Shown: one piece after another, positions 1 through 13,560 of the stretch | Layout: each line of letters starts with the position of its first letter | How positions within the stretch are numbered: the first letter of the stretch is position 1 | Source of the DNA: Eledone cirrhosa | Lineage: Eukaryota | DNA: 64,000 nucleotides | Reading direction: 5' to 3' | NCBI GenBank assembly: GCA_964016885.1 | Contig: OZ024745.1 | Location: 108,686,001-108,750,000 of the forward strand | Notes under the pieces: model-generated | What the model was told of the DNA's origin: nothing | The model's database searches: none | The model's input: the letters and a program-made list of their open reading frames with translations, nothing else | Position numbers and translations under genes: made by a program

Positions 1-43
1 TCGATTCTATGAAGCAGAGTTTCCAAATAGGCATTCTTTATCC

Positions 44-173
<130 letters not shown>

Positions 174-174
174 A

Positions 175-362
175 GGGCGGTGGATTGGCAGTATCGGTAG
201 AGAGTTGGATGCCATGCTTTCCAGCATAGTTACGTCCCTTTATGGTCTGAGTTCAAATCTCGCCGAGGTTTACTTTGCCTTTCATCCTTACAGGGTCGAT
301 AAAATAAAGTACCAGTAATGCACTGGGTAATTGCTGGCCTTGTGCCTAAAGTAGAAACAATT
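175..362 (+). mobile_element. tRNA-derived SINE family 1 (representative copy; >20 copies in window)
   Basis: A box-like TGGCAGTATCGG, B box GTTCAAATC, conserved body CTTTGCCTTTCATCCTTACGGGGTCGATAAAATAAAGTACCAG, tail GTAGAAACAATTAT. Other copies include 12839-13030, 29365-29552, 33602-33818, 52908-53085, 53320-53545, 59128-59322. Confidence 0.9.
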
Positions 363-389
363 ATATATATAATGGTTAAAGAATGCTTT

Positions 390-925
390 CAGTAATGGAT
401 GACCATGGGATTTGCACCTAGAATGTTCCCCTTCAAAGCACAAGCCTGAGTAAGGTATTTTTGTGGAACATCATGCTGGTGACACAAGAAAAAAAGCACC
501 TAGTCTACCCTATGATATGGTCAAGTTGATATGGACACAAAAACAGAACTCAGTTCACCCTATAAGGTGGTCATGCTGGTGACAGGACAAAAAGCATCCA
601 GTCCACCCTGTAAGGTGGTCATGCTGGTGAAATGACAAAAAGTGCTCAGTCTACCCTGTTAGGTGATAGTGCTGGTGACAACAAAAACCATCCAATCCTA
701 CCTGTTAGATGATCGTTTTGGTACCATATTAAAAACCACGTAGTCCACACTGTAACATGGTTTGTTTTAGGAAAGGCATCCAACCATAGAAACCATGCCC
801 ATGCCATAATACAGATCTGTATGAGCAAGACATTGTCACCTGACCTGACTTGCCTCATAATGTGACAACCTATCTAACCCATGCAAGCATGGAAAATGGA
901 CATTAAACATCGATGATGATGATGG
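390..925 (+). mobile_element. SINE family 2-related partial copy with about 6 diverged ~48-bp internal repeats
   Basis: Repeats of CATGCTGGTGAC..AAAAAGCA..CAGTCCACCCTGTAAGGTGGT at ~470-760, then AGGAAAGGCATCC and the (GAT)n tail. Confidence 0.7.
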
Positions 926-939
926 CTACACAACTAATA

Positions 940-2700
940 TAGGATTGGATTACTTGAAAAATTAGATAATACACTAGACAGACTAAGAAAATAAAAAAAG
1001 ACAGTATACAGCAGATAAAATGAAATATATATACTACGGATATTGAATCTTCCAAGAAAAGTAATTATAAAAAATACTAATACTACTAATTTCACTAATA
1101 TTAATAGAAAAGTAAAAGTATGGTTGAACAACTTAACTTAGATAATTATTTTGAGGTATCATGACCAAGACTATCTAGATTAAATTTAAAGGATCATAAG
1201 CTAGACTTCAATAATAGTCTGTCTGTTAGACTTATCAGCCTTTCCACGTCAGATATAGGACATATAAGTAAACAAATATTAGATAAATTAATACCAATTG
1301 TATAGAAGATGGTAGGACTTAGTTTGTGAGGTAATACTGATGAGGTGATTACTTAGTTTGTCAGACTGAACATCAAGAAATGAACTAAATGTTTGTAATT
1401 TGATATCAATAGTTATTATTCTATCTCGCCTATTCTATTAAAGTTCAAATCCAAACTAAAAAGTTTTCTACTTTAACCCTCTAGCATTTAAATCAGCCAT
1501 ATCCAGCCAGAATTCTCTCACCTCTTTCTGTTCAAACTGGCCGTAACTGGCTGCTCATACTGACATTAAGGTATTGTTCTCAAAATAAATAACATCAAAA
1601 TCTCATAGATTCAATATTAGGTGAGTAATTATGTAAGATAAAGCCTTTACCACAAAAATCTAATAGTATATATAGTGTAAATGCTAAAAGGTCAACTAAG
1701 CAGGAAATTGATAACATCCTTAACTGCTAGGTATTTGGTGGTTGAGTTTGACGATTTTATATGACTAGTAAAAACAGAGAGAATCTAAACTATAATAAAG
1801 TAAGAAGCGCGGGATTGCGTACGGTTTATAATTTTTTATCCCCTTAGTAAAATAAGTTGGATTACTTTGAATAAATAATGAATGAATATTACATAATTTA
1901 TCTACTAAATTTCGTGGCTGTTCATTAAATATATTTTATTATTTATTTAAAGATTCACTTCTTTAAAATTTTCAAATGTCAACATTTTCGGTGGCGATCG
2001 CTTAAATAAATACTCATATATTTCCGTCACTAATTTTCTCCTAATGCAGTTTATATATAATATATTTTTTTTAATGTATCATGGATTACGTTACTGATTA
2101 CATAAGACAGTGTAACGCAGTCTTCGTTCAATTTCTGTGTATATTGTCAATTACGATTTTATTTGATGTTTCATATCTACATGCATATATACCTGCGTAA
2201 AATATCAATATACACACCACACATACTAGCAGAAAACCACCCGAATGATGGTTTTTCTGCTAGAAATTTTAATGATTCAGCCCAGGTCACAGATCTTATT
2301 GGTTTGTATATATCATATGAATTAAAGGATGAATACACATTTTTTCTTTTGGGGGGGGGGGGGGGGGGCATATATATAGACAAATCTTTTTACATTTAAG
2401 GATATTAGTCAGCATGGCCTAGAGAAAATGAAGAAAAATATGTAGAACTTTTCAAAGTATCATGGTTTATATAGTACAATTGTCAGTAATTTTAACAATT
2501 GACATTAAACTTTTTAGATGTAACACTAGAATTTGACACTGAACTTTATAGACTTTATCATAAACCTAATGAAAATCTACAGTATGTACATAGACTGTCT
2601 AACCACCATAGAGCAATTATTAATTCGATAGTTAGGAAAGTTTCATATAATCTTTATCATAGCAGGAGATATTGTTATAATGACACAGTGTTATAACAAC
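940..2700 (+). pseudogene. Degraded Penelope-like RT, interrupted
   Basis: Frameshifted peptides LKDHKLDFNNSLSVRLI..SDIGHISKQILDK (~1180-1295), DSAQVTDLIGLYI (~2274) and LNFLDVTL..YHKPNENLQYVHRLSNH (2499-2696) parallel the Penelope copy at 62.7-63.2 kb. Confidence 0.7.
1474..1696. mobile_element. piggyBac-like MITE (~220 bp), degenerate copy
   Basis: TTAACCCTCTAGCATT ... AATGCTAAAAGGTCAA; homologous to 7667-7887. Confidence 0.75.
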
Positions 2701-2885
2701 AACAAATATAACATACAAAATAAAAACACAGCATTAATAATACATTATTAACCTGTTGACTGCCACATTTTACACAGCTACAGCTGACTGCCATATTTTA
2801 CACAGCTACAGCTGCTGTGCCAGGTTTTTCGTTTTTTCAGTAGAATGACTATTTTTTTTTAAAATAAATATTTATTAACAACATG

Positions 2886-3276
2886 GAGGCACATGGCTTA
2901 GTGGCTAGAGCATTGGGCTTGCAATCGAAAGGTTGTGAGTTCAATTCTCAGACCGGGTGATGTGTTGCTTCCTTGAGCAAGACACTTTATTTCACATTGC
3001 TCCAGTTTACTCAGCTGTAGAAATGAGATGATAGGACTGGGGTACCTATCATTCCACTGCAAAGTGGTCGTGGAGGTGCCACGGTAAAAAAACACCCAGC
3101 CCACACTGTAAAGTGGATGTGTAGGCACCACGGAAAAAAAAGCACCCAGCACTCACTGTAAATGAGGTTGGTGTTAGGAAGGGCATCCAGCTGTAGAAAT
3201 CAAGCCAGAATCAGTTTCTGTCCCACCCTTGCAAGCAGGGAAAAGCGGACGTAAAATGATGATGATGATGATGATG
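2886..3276 (+). mobile_element. tRNA-derived SINE family 2, full length (two internal 48-bp units)
   Basis: A box TGGCTTAGTGG, B box GTTCAATTC, central CCTTGAGCAAGACACTTTATTTCACATTGCTCCAG, 3' AGGAAGGGCATCCAGCTGTAGAAA...GGACGTAAAATGATGATG tail. Other copies 20621-20951, 22578-22917(-), 23069-23405, 28321-28588(-), 51560-51993(-), 55169-55472, 59658-59950. Confidence 0.9.
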
Positions 3277-3475
3277 AACACATATCTGATTGATTGACAA
3301 ACGTCACATCAATAAACTAGTAACCCCATGTAGCTTTGAAATTGTGAACTGCTGGAAATGAGTTCAAACATGTTAGGATGAGTTATCTCGTCTACGGCAC
3401 TGAAGATGTTAATATTATCAACATATCTCTGTTTATCTTGAGTATCTACTCTTGTTTTATATATATATATATATA

Positions 3476-4007
3476 TAAATGTAAGTATGTATGTATGTAT
3501 ACATGCATACATATATATATGTATACAGACATACAGTAGTATGTATATATATACACACATGCACACATATATATATATGCACATATCGGTTTACCGAACA
3601 TTTATTATAATGCTCGGTTTGTTTGTTTATAAACAAACAAACAGCCCGAATTACGCCGTACAGTGATTAGGCAACCACGTCACCTTTTTGTTCAACACTG
3701 ACACAGGAACGATGTACTAGTTTCAAGCTTATTAGCTATCATCAGCATTGTATACCTTCTTGCCAGATGGTTGAACGTCTGAAAGTATATACTTTCCTTA
3801 TGCATATTAACGGCTGAGCAGCCTAATTTGCATATCGAGTGAGTTCAGTCGGCCGTTTACAAACAAACAAACCGAGCATTATAATAAATGTTCGGTAAAC
3901 CGATACGTGCATATATATGTGTGTGCATGTGTGTATATATATACATACTACTGTACATCTGTATACATATATGTATGTACATATACATACATACATACTT
4001 ACATTTA
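3476..4007. repeat. Inverted repeat, ~160-bp arms around a ~220-bp hammerhead-containing spacer
   Basis: ATCGGTTTACCGAACATTTATTATAATGCTCGGTTTGTTTGTTT at ~3585 is the reverse complement of ~3860-3904; similarity extends through flanking TA/CA-rich DNA. Confidence 0.9.
3710..3750 (-). ncRNA. Type I hammerhead ribozyme motif (minimal)
   Basis: Minus strand CAATG-CTGATGA-TAGCTAATAAGCTT-GAA-ACTAGT-A^CATCG; palindromic stem III ACTAGT, stem II AGCT/AGCT, stem I with one mismatch. Confidence 0.75.
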
Positions 4008-4053
4008 AGTAAGTGCCGTACTAAGAGTGAGAAATGAAATTTTGTTTCATTCT

Positions 4054-4091
<38 letters not shown>

Positions 4092-4103
<12 letters not shown>

Positions 4104-4845
4104 AGTTTGAAGAACAGTCAGACAAAATATATCCAATTTTTTTTCTTAGTCCGTAGAAATTAACTAAATAATCATTTAAACAGAGCTAAGTTTAAAATGT
4201 AACTTCGAAGAAATAACAGATAAATGTCACAGACTATCCTCTGTGAGGAACAGTCAGATAAAATTTACCCAGTCTTTCTTCTTAGCCCGTAGAAATTAAC
4301 TAGACAAATAATCAATTAAACGGAGCTAAGTCCAAAATGCAAGTTTGAAGAAAAAATATATATAAACTTTACCAAAAAAATTCTTCTAGTCCCGACTATC
4401 AATAGTTTTGCTCGTACTTTGTAGATACGTCCAATCCTAGTATTATCCATGAGGCTTCGAGCTTTTCAAGAGACTTCCTCAAGAGGACTAAAATTTCTAC
4501 AGTGATCGCCGCCAGAAATGAATTCAAAATGGGTAAGAATCATCATGTGGCTAGCGGTCAAAGAAGAAGGGTGTGAAGGGTAGGCCGGATGGCAGGTAGG
4601 TTCATTGCTAGAAGGAGCAGTTAGTTACCGCTAAGGTTTACTCAACCGAAAGGGAGTATAGAATAAATTCATAAGGATATATATGTATATATTTAGACAT
4701 AGTCACAGATACATATATGAGTGTGGCTACCTTCCACGGTGTGACTCAATGCAAAAATTAATTAAGCAAATAATTATTAATCAGAGCTATATAAATTTAT
4801 AAGTTTGAAGAACAGTCAGACAAAAATATATCCAATTTTTCTTAT
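4092..4845. repeat. ~700-bp unit with ~50-bp terminal direct repeats next to (TA)n
   Basis: TTATAAGTTTGAAGAACAGTCAGACAAAA..TATATCCAATTTTT at ~4099 and ~4797; internal ~100-bp duplication 4113-4213/4249-4352. Confidence 0.65.
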
Positions 4846-4852
4846 ATACATA

Positions 4853-5052
4853 TATGAAAAGAGTCAGGACCCTGACGACTGAACTCCAGCTGTTTCGACA
4901 GCTAGATCCGAACTGGATCTAGCTGTCGAAATGGCCAGAGCTCGGCCGTTAGGATCCTGACTCTTTTCATATTACCCACTCTACTACTCTAAGTATTGAG
5001 TACTCTGGTGTGTTATGATCCACCTGGTATCTTACCACACCCTCTTTGTTAT
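4853..5052 (+). mobile_element. Family A fold-back mini-element (3' half hammerhead, palindromic head)
   Basis: Arms 4853-4909/4915-4972 around GATCC-GAACT-GGATC, then conserved tail ACCCACTCTACTACYCTAAGTATTGAGTACTCTGGTG...TTATA; flanked by TA. Confidence 0.85.
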
Positions 5053-5060
5053 ATATATAT

Positions 5061-5501
5061 TTTCTTATTTGCTAAACCTTGATTATATATGTTCTGGCTC
5101 GTTAATTTATTAACCTGCCATTGAACCACATTGGCATTTGGTTGGACAATACATGTGTCCCTTAGCGCCTTGTGTGTGTAGGAACACATATTCTATTATT
5201 ACTATTCTCCTCTTGGTTGAGAAAAAAATTTGGTCGCTCTGACTGCTGCTAGTTATAGCGGTAGCCGACTGACCTCCCTGCCTCTATCTTTACACTCGGC
5301 CCTTGAAAAAATTGATTCCACTTCATTTACTCTCATCTCGGGAACAATTTTGAATAGCGCCAGTTCGTAATTTGAATTTGGGAATTTTATATTCTTCGAA
5401 TGAAAAGATCCTTCTGACGAGATTCGGTAAAGGTAACTATAGTAAGTAAAGTTAATTTTTTAAAATTTATTTTGAAACTTTTTCTTATTTGCTAAACCTT
5501 G

Positions 5502-5508
<7 letters not shown>
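5061..5508. repeat. 420-bp unit with 28-bp terminal direct repeat between (TA)n tracts
   Basis: TTTCTTATTTGCTAAACCTTGATTATAT at 5061 and 5481. Confidence 0.75.
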
Positions 5509-5534
<26 letters not shown>

Positions 5535-6104
5535 TGGTTGTCTGCTCAATACAAAGCTTGACTACTCCAGTGTACATAATGCTCAGTTCTGACATGAGAT
5601 CTAATGTGACTTGAGCACAGACGTACTTTTAAAAAGTTGTTTACATAAATTTCATATCAGTTTTGGTGCAGCTTGGTCTGCCTGTGTATCTTGATTAACA
5701 TTGAAATATCTCTTTAGACTCCCTTGATTTGCAGATCTTGTGGCATGTGTAGCATTGATAAGGGCGAACTGGTTTGTATATACTATAGTCAGCAGGGAGT
5801 GCCCTATTGTGAGCTCTTATATGATATTGAAGTCCTGCCTCTGACAGGCAGATTCTGCCACAAACTGGACAAGTTGAGAAAGCTACATTAATTTCACATT
5901 CCTTTAGTGGGTGTTTTTTCTTATATTCCCCTTAATATTTACTTGCATTAGCCTGTTTTGCTCAAAGGTTTTCACATCAACCCATATTTTTTAATGTCAG
6001 GTTGAGTGATCCATAACAAGACTTTCCAGGTTTCTGGAGTCAATTCCTACATTCTTCAAGTCCTCCTTCAATCCCACCTTGAACCTTTTCTTTGGCTAAC
6101 TCTG

Positions 6105-6143
<39 letters not shown>

Positions 6144-6929
6144 TATATATATATATATAACCCCACAGAAACCACCTCGGCTTTGCAATATACAACTGCT
6201 TGTTTTTAAATGTTTATAGTTATATTAAAACCTTCCATCATAATTTTATTTTAGAAATATTTGTTAAGTAATATTTCAAACATTAACTTACAAAGGAAAA
6301 GATTAATTATCTCATTAAATTCTTCAAATTTTCCAAATCAGTTGATACACATAGGCAATATTTTATGCAAAACCATTAAATTTTGTTGCACTTCTGTGAC
6401 CTGGTTACTAACACAATTTCACTGCACCTACAGATTACAATGGCATTCTTTAATAATTCATACTAGACTTAACTATTAACAAGTAAATGTAAAATGTCCT
6501 CTATCTTCTCATCACCCTTGAGGCAAATAGAATAAAGAAATATTTTTATTATCACAACCCCTATTATTATTATTATTATTGTTGTTCAATAGTGTTTGTG
6601 TAGAGACAGAAACTGACACACATCACAGGCACATACACACACACACACACACACAGATACACACACACACATAGATACATGCACACACACAGATACAGGC
6701 ACGCTGTAGTAGTAGTAAAGGTGGTGGTGGTGCTGTTCCTGGTGATTGTGGTAACACAAGGACAATGGGGTGGTGGTGATGGTGGTGATGATAATCTACA
6801 TACATCACTGGAACCAATTAGTGAATGGTCTAAGATGAGAGTTTGTTTGATCTGGAACGGTTTAATGACTGAGATAATTGCCATTAAACAACTTATCATT
6901 TCACTGATAATTTCACATTAAAAATACAT

Positions 6930-6974
<45 letters not shown>

Positions 6975-7666
6975 GTAATGGTGATGATGATGATGATTGA
7001 AGTGAAAAACATAAAAACGAACAATCAAAATAAAATACAACAAAAAAAAAGTAAATATAGATACAAGGAACAATTTGTTTCTTGTTATAGTTGTTTCTTT
7101 ATTGTTTACATCTGAATATGGGAAGAAAGAGACAGGCAGAGAACTAGAAAGACACTTACATAAGAATAAGGCTTAAAATTTGGGTGAGTGGGATATTTGA
7201 TTATATTGACCCCAGTAAATGACTGGTCATTCTGATCGATCGACAAGATCTCAGTCCTCATTCGCTTGCCAAGTGGGGTGGACCTCATCAAATTGGACCA
7301 AGGAAACTTTTGTTTCCATTGGTCTTTCCATTGCTAATACTATCTACTGGTTGCAACTCCAGGCAGAAGGAGCAATGTGAAATAAAGTGTCTTGCTCAAG
7401 GACACAACGCATCACCTGGTCTGAGAATTGAACTCGCAAACTCACGATCGGGAATCCAAATCTCTAACTACTGAGCCGCCTGCCTTCATAAATGATTGGT
7501 ATTTTGTTTTATTAACCCCACAAAGATGGAACGTAAAGTTGACCTCTGCAGGATTTGAACTCAGAACTTAAAGATCTATAACTAAATACCATAATGGATT
7601 TTGCAGTCATAATGACAATTCTGTCAATCTACCACTCTAATATTAAGAATAGTAATAACTTCTTAA

Positions 7667-7887
7667 CCCTTTAGCATTTAAACCGTCTGTATCCGGCCAG
7701 AATCCTCTCACCTCTTTCTGTTCAAACTGGTTGTAACTGGCCACTCTTCCTGATGTTAAGGTATTGTTATCCAAATAAATAATATCAAAATCTCTTAGTT
7801 TCGATATTATGTGAGTTAATTTTGTGAGGTAAAGCCTTTAGTGTGAAATTATAATAGTAAATATAGAGTAATGTAAATGCTAAAGGA
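7667..7887. mobile_element. piggyBac-like MITE
   Basis: TTAA|CCCTTTAGCATTTA ... TAAATGCTAAAGGA|TTAA; TTAA target duplication. Confidence 0.85.
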
Positions 7888-8489
7888 TTAAGTAAGCACC
7901 AGGTCAGAAATTTCAGGGAGGGGGAACAGTAGATTATATCAATCTGAATAATTAACTGGTATTTTATTTTATTGACACCCCAACCACCAGCACCACCTCC
8001 ACCGCCATCACCACCTCTACAACCAAAGGACAAAAGGCAAAGCTGGTTTTGTGGGATTTAAACTCAGAACATAAATAGCTGAATGGAATACCACAAGGAA
8101 TTTTGTTCATTCATCTAACAATTCTCCCAAACCAACAAACTAAATAATAATTGTTTCTACTTTTTGGCACAAGGCCAGCAATTACCCAGTGCATTACCGG
8201 TACTTTATTTTATCGACCCTGTAAGGATGAAAGGCAAAGTTAACCTCGGCGGGATTTGAACTCTGTCTGTAAAGGGACGTAACTGTGCTGAAACTATAAT
8301 TGTTTCTACTTTAGGCACAAGGCCAGCAATTACCCAGTGCATTACTGGTACTTTATTTTATCGACCCCGTAAGGATGAAAGGCAAAGTTAACCTCGGCGG
8401 GATTTGAACTCAGAATGACAAGGGCCGTAACTCTATGCATCAAAGCATGGCGTCCGACCCTCTACCGATACTGCCAATCCAAATAATAA

Positions 8490-8745
8490 TAACTGATTAT
8501 CTATTCCTACAGACGACATTATATTCATCAAAGAAATAAAAAAATTATCCAAATTTAAAAATTTGGAGACAGAAATAACCTGAATGTGGATAATGAAAAC
8601 AGAAACAATCCTCATAATAACAGATGGTCTAGGAATGATAAAACACACACACCAAAACCACCAGGACTTTTACTAATATATGCAGCACTCAGAAAATAGC
8701 ACTACTAGGCACTGCACACATTACAAAGATTACTCTCAATACAAT
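8490..8745 (+). pseudogene. C-terminal restriction-like endonuclease remnant of an R4/Dong-type non-LTR retrotransposon
   Basis: Frameshifted reading SIPTDD..IKEIKKLSKFKNLETEIT*MWIMKTETILII..GLGMIK...QKIALLGTAHI, typical RLE C-terminus. Confidence 0.65.
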
Positions 8746-8959
8746 AGAAACAATACCAAAAACAACACAGCACATAGTCAAGGCATATAGAGCTGTGTTC
8801 CTTAATAAAAATAAGATGTTATACAAAGAAGGTTTACCAAGACATGCTGGAATATACAGAGTGATATAAAAATGAGGCAAAGAGTTGGGACATGGTAGTT
8901 ATACAATATATGAAACATTTTTTTTTTTATTTACACAAATAAGTAATTAATATATGAAT

Positions 8960-9190
8960 ATATACTCTTCTTCTTTGCCCACTTATTCCTAAACCCTCCT
9001 TCCAGTAGGTCCTGTCAGAAGCAACCATTTCCAACTGATCTTGCTGGATTCCCAGGTGAGACCAACAAAGTTCATGGATGTTATCCAACCATCTTTCCCG
9101 GAGTCTACCCCCAGATTTCCTGATGGAGATGAAAATAAAAGACAGAAAACAGGTAAGCCATCCATGCATGAGTGAGAAACTTTCAACCGA
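8960..9190 (-). mobile_element. RTE-type LINE 3' end remnant
   Basis: GGRLRERWLDNIHELCWSHLGIQQDQLEMVASDRTYWK; homologues at 52165-52400 and 52600-52760. Confidence 0.65.
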
Positions 9191-11449
9191 GTTTGATAAG
9201 AGCATCCCATAACGCTGATCATGTTTAACTTTCCATGTTTGCAGGGAAAGTGGACATGAAATGAGGATGATAATGTACTCTAAAAATAAGTACTTCTAAT
9301 GTCCAAATCTGAAAGTGCCCACGAAAATCTCAGGTACATATTTTTTAAAAATTCTGTTTATATTTTTTAAATTCATTTTCCTGGGCGGTATACTTTGCTG
9401 CTTTCTTTTGTATTAGTACTTCTTATGGCTCTAGTAAATACTGTAAAATCAAGAAATTTTGTGGGGGGGAAAAAGATAATGACTAAATGACAGAGTTTTT
9501 GTACATTCCAGTTATTGGAATAAACATCCACACCTGCTTAGAGCATGATGGAAAGATTTGAATTTAAATATAAACATTTTAAAATGAAAGGATTTGTATT
9601 ATAGGTTGGTGATTTACATGGTAAACACACTCGGTATACCTTATAAAGTGGGTGGATATAGAAAGGGCATCCTGCCACAGAAAACCTGCCAAAGAAAGAG
9701 TTGGGAGGATTCTTCAGCTGTGTCAAAAAAATGCACTTGGTGATGCACAGGATCATGAGTCAGGCCCACGATAGGCTACCGCAACATAAGCAAGATGCAG
9801 GCTTCTAGCCCACTATGGAGTCAGTACCTCTGCTTTGAGTACCAATCTACTCTACTGATGACCCATTCGATATTTGATAACAAGGAAAGCAGATGTTAAA
9901 TGATGGTGATGATGATGAACTAGGCATGGTTTCTTATGAGTTGGTATCAAAAGAGTTAAATTTTTTTTATGCTGGGAAATAAATGGCCAAGAATTGTTGA
10001 GTAGAGAAAAGTAGAAGTTGTGGCTTGCATGCCACATAAGTGGTTTGTTGTGTTGAACCAGTCCAACAACTTTCACTATAATAGATAATAATGATACTAT
10101 TTTCAGGCATAATCAACAAGAACATTCTTTGTTTAAATAGCTTAATTTGCTTGGGTAGGCTTATATCTAAAACTGATATAATATCTAAGATGTACCTGAG
10201 AAATGTTCTGAGTTAAGGATTTAACCATTTTTCTCTACAACCTTCCATAAAAAAGGACTAAAAGAAAAAAAAAATAATAATAATAATGCAATCCTAAAGA
10301 AAATAACCATTGCTAGTTCCAGTTATACACAAAATGACAAAAACAAAAGACGAAAGAAATACTGGTACATAACATCTTTAAGACAGCAAGAGAACCTAAC
10401 TCACAGAACCATAGACATTGGCAAATTAAAACAAACAAGAAGATTAGAAAAAGAAACAAGAAAAACAATAACAACAACATAATAACAACAAAAATGACAC
10501 AGAGAAAAACAAGTGGAATATTCTTATAGAATTGTTGGATTATTTTTTATAATAACCCTATCAAACAAACTTGACTGGGAATTGGTAAAAGCCAAGCAGA
10601 GAAATGAAGTGGCCAGCAAACAATATGCCATTTTTCTATTATTTCCACTTCTTTATGACCACACTTAAGTTAAATCAACCAATTCTAAAGTCCAGAAATT
10701 CCTCACAGCCAGTATAGATGGAAAATTCTTTTTACATAAAAGTTGACAACTTCTCATAAATAATTTTGCTGACTTAGGCAGAATTTTGAATTTCCATCAA
10801 TCATTGAATTCTGAAGAACATGTTTCTATCTTCATATACTCAACCATTTTCTGTGAAGTATATATATGTTCTCTCTGGTTGTAAATATTCTCCGATTCCT
10901 TCACATCTCTGCCAGTATAGACTTGTCACAATCCAATGCTTTAATCATTTTGCATTTCAGAGTGCAAAATATATACTGTTAGAATTATCCACACATTTCA
11001 TATATGTGTGTATATGTGTGTGTGTGTGTGTGGATATATATTTGTGTGTTTGTGTGTGTGAAAAAAGAATGTGTATATATATATATATACACATATGTAT
11101 ATATATACATATGTGTGTGTGTGTGTGTGTTGCTTGTGAAGTAATGCAAAACAAAAGATGAGAAAAAAATAGACATTTCTGTCAATACTCTAAGATGCAA
11201 ATGAAATACTCAACTATAAGACTTCATCATTAGCACCTTCATCATTGCCATTATTCTCAGCTCCGACAACATCATCAGCATAGTCCACACTGCCACCACC
11301 ACCACTATCCCAATTATAAACCTCTTCCTCTCCTTAAACATCATCATCACCATAATCCTTATCAAATTATGTCCCTTTAATCTTTAGGTTGTATAGTGTT
11401 ATTTTCTTTCTCCATGTTTTACCTGAGTGAAGTCCATATAACAACTACA

Positions 11450-11539
11450 GTGAGTGTATCTGTGTGTGTGTGTGTGCACGTGTGTATGTGTGTGTGCGCG
11501 CGTGTGTATGTGTGTGTGTATGTGTGTGTGTGTGTGTGT

Positions 11540-11576
<37 letters not shown>

Positions 11577-12140
11577 ACATCATTTAACTTCAAGTTATAT
11601 ATGTGTACATATATACACATAGCATGATCATTTAACATCCATTAATACATACACACACACACACATTCACATATACAAGCACATACATACACATATACAC
11701 AAACATAAATGCACACACATATACACATATGTATATATATATACACACACACACATATATACACACATATACACACACACGTATATACACACATGTACAG
11801 ACACACACACACATTCATATACACACACACCCACATACATATTCGCATACACACACACACACATACATATACATATACACACACATACACACACACACAC
11901 ACGTATTCACACACACATTCACATACATACACACATCCATATTCACACACACATATTCACACACATACATATTCACATCCATATACACACACATATTCAG
12001 ACACACACACACATTCACATACATACACACACACATACATATACACACACACATACATATTCACATAAACACACACAGACATATCCACATACATATACAC
12101 ACACACACACATACACACACACACACATATATATATATCC
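11450..12140. repeat. Compound (TG)n/(CA)n low-complexity tract
   Basis: Degenerate dinucleotide repeats; source of many spurious ORFs. Confidence 0.95.
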
Positions 12141-13067
12141 CCAATACTCTGAGATAGTTCCCCCAACCATATACAATCTGTGGCATAAGAGATGTCCCAT
12201 AACTTATCCAACACTACTCCCCCACCTCTCCCTCCCTCCCCCTACCTCCCAACACCCTCCCTCTCTCTTCCTCCCTCTCCCTACCTCCCAACACCACCCT
12301 CCCCCTACCTCCCAACACCCCCTCTCCTCTCCCTTCTCCCAACACCCCCCCCCCCCCTACAACCTCCCTCCCCCCGACACCTCCCCCCACCCGACACCCT
12401 CCCTCTCTCTATATATTTCAGCCCCAACAAAAATAATGTCTCTTTTGTTACATATCTTATAGAGTGGTCAACCACCATAACACTTCCTCACAACTTCTCT
12501 CATTCTCTGTATATATGTGTGTGTGTGCGCGCGCGCGTGTGCACGTGTGTGTACTTGTACATACGTGTGTTTGTGTGCATGTGTGGTATGTGTGCCTGTG
12601 TGTACGTGTGTACGTGTTTGCGTGTGTGTACGTGTGTGCGTGTGTGTACGTGTGTGTGTGTGCGTGTGTGTACGTTTGTTTGTGTGTATGTGTGAATGCA
12701 TGCTTGTGTGTATATATATATATATATATTCACGCATGTGTGCATATATTTGTGTGTGTGTATGTGTGTGTGTGTATGTATTCATGCATGTGTATATTCA
12801 TTCATGTGTGCATGTATGAATATTATTTATATTACTAAGGGCAGTGGATTGGCAGTATCGGTAGAGGGTCGGACGCCATGTTTGCAGCATAGAGTTACGG
12901 CCCTTGCCATTCTGAGTTCAAATCCTGCCGAGGTTAACTTTGCCTTTCATCCTTACGGGGTCGATAAAATAAAGTACCAGTAATGCACTGGGGTAATTGC
13001 TGGCCTTGTGCCAAAAGTAGAAACAATTATTAATATTACTCAGAAATATAACCATATATGATGCTGC

Positions 13068-13560
13068 TAGGTAAAGGGTAAAGGAGATGCTCTTGATAGG
13101 GGTAACTATAGAGGCATTAAATTAATCGACCAGGTCAGGAAGGTCACAGAAAAAGTAATAGTGCAACTAATCAGAGAACGAATTGATCTAGATGAAATGC
13201 AGTTCGGGTTTGTGTCAGGTAAAAGTACCACAGACGCTCTTTTCATTGTACGACAACTACAAGAGAAGTACCTAGCTAAAAGTAAACCCTTATACTTAGC
13301 TTTTGTTGACTTGGAGAAAGCTTTTGACAGAGTCCCCCGCTCCATTATCTGGTGGGTGCTTAGAAAACTAGGTGCTGATGAATGGCTTGTGAGAGCTATA
13401 CAAGCCATGTATAAAGAAACAGTCAGCAAGGTTAGAATTAACAACGAATATAGTGAAGAGTTTAGCGAAAAAGTTGGTGTTCATCAGGGCTCCGTCCTTA
13501 GCCCCCTACTATTTATTATTGCCCTTCAGGCTATAACAGAGGAGTTCAAGACCGGCTGCC
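13068..13560 (+). pseudogene. RTE-clade LINE reverse transcriptase fragment
   Basis: KGKGDALDRGNYRGIKL..QFGFVSGKSTTDALFIVRQLQEKY..FVDLEKAFDRVPR..GVHQGSVLSPLLF; breaks off before the YADD motif. Confidence 0.9.

Noticed and set aside
175-265. SINE heads as tRNA genes
   Set aside because: A/B boxes present but no complete cloverleaf and always fused to SINE body.
3390-3425. CTGAAGA followed by a hairpin
   Set aside because: No GAAA or stem III follows; half motif only.
4872-4878. CTGACGA in family A left arm as the missing 5' core
   Set aside because: Explained by CpG decay of CCCGACGG seen in other copies.
10320-10990. Unique-looking sequence as possible host exon
   Set aside because: No sustained ORF or recognisable protein; needs transcript data.
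11396-12838. Many ORFs rich in YI, HT, CV, ER
   Set aside because: Translations of dinucleotide microsatellites; same applies at 30.6, 49 and 56.6 kb.
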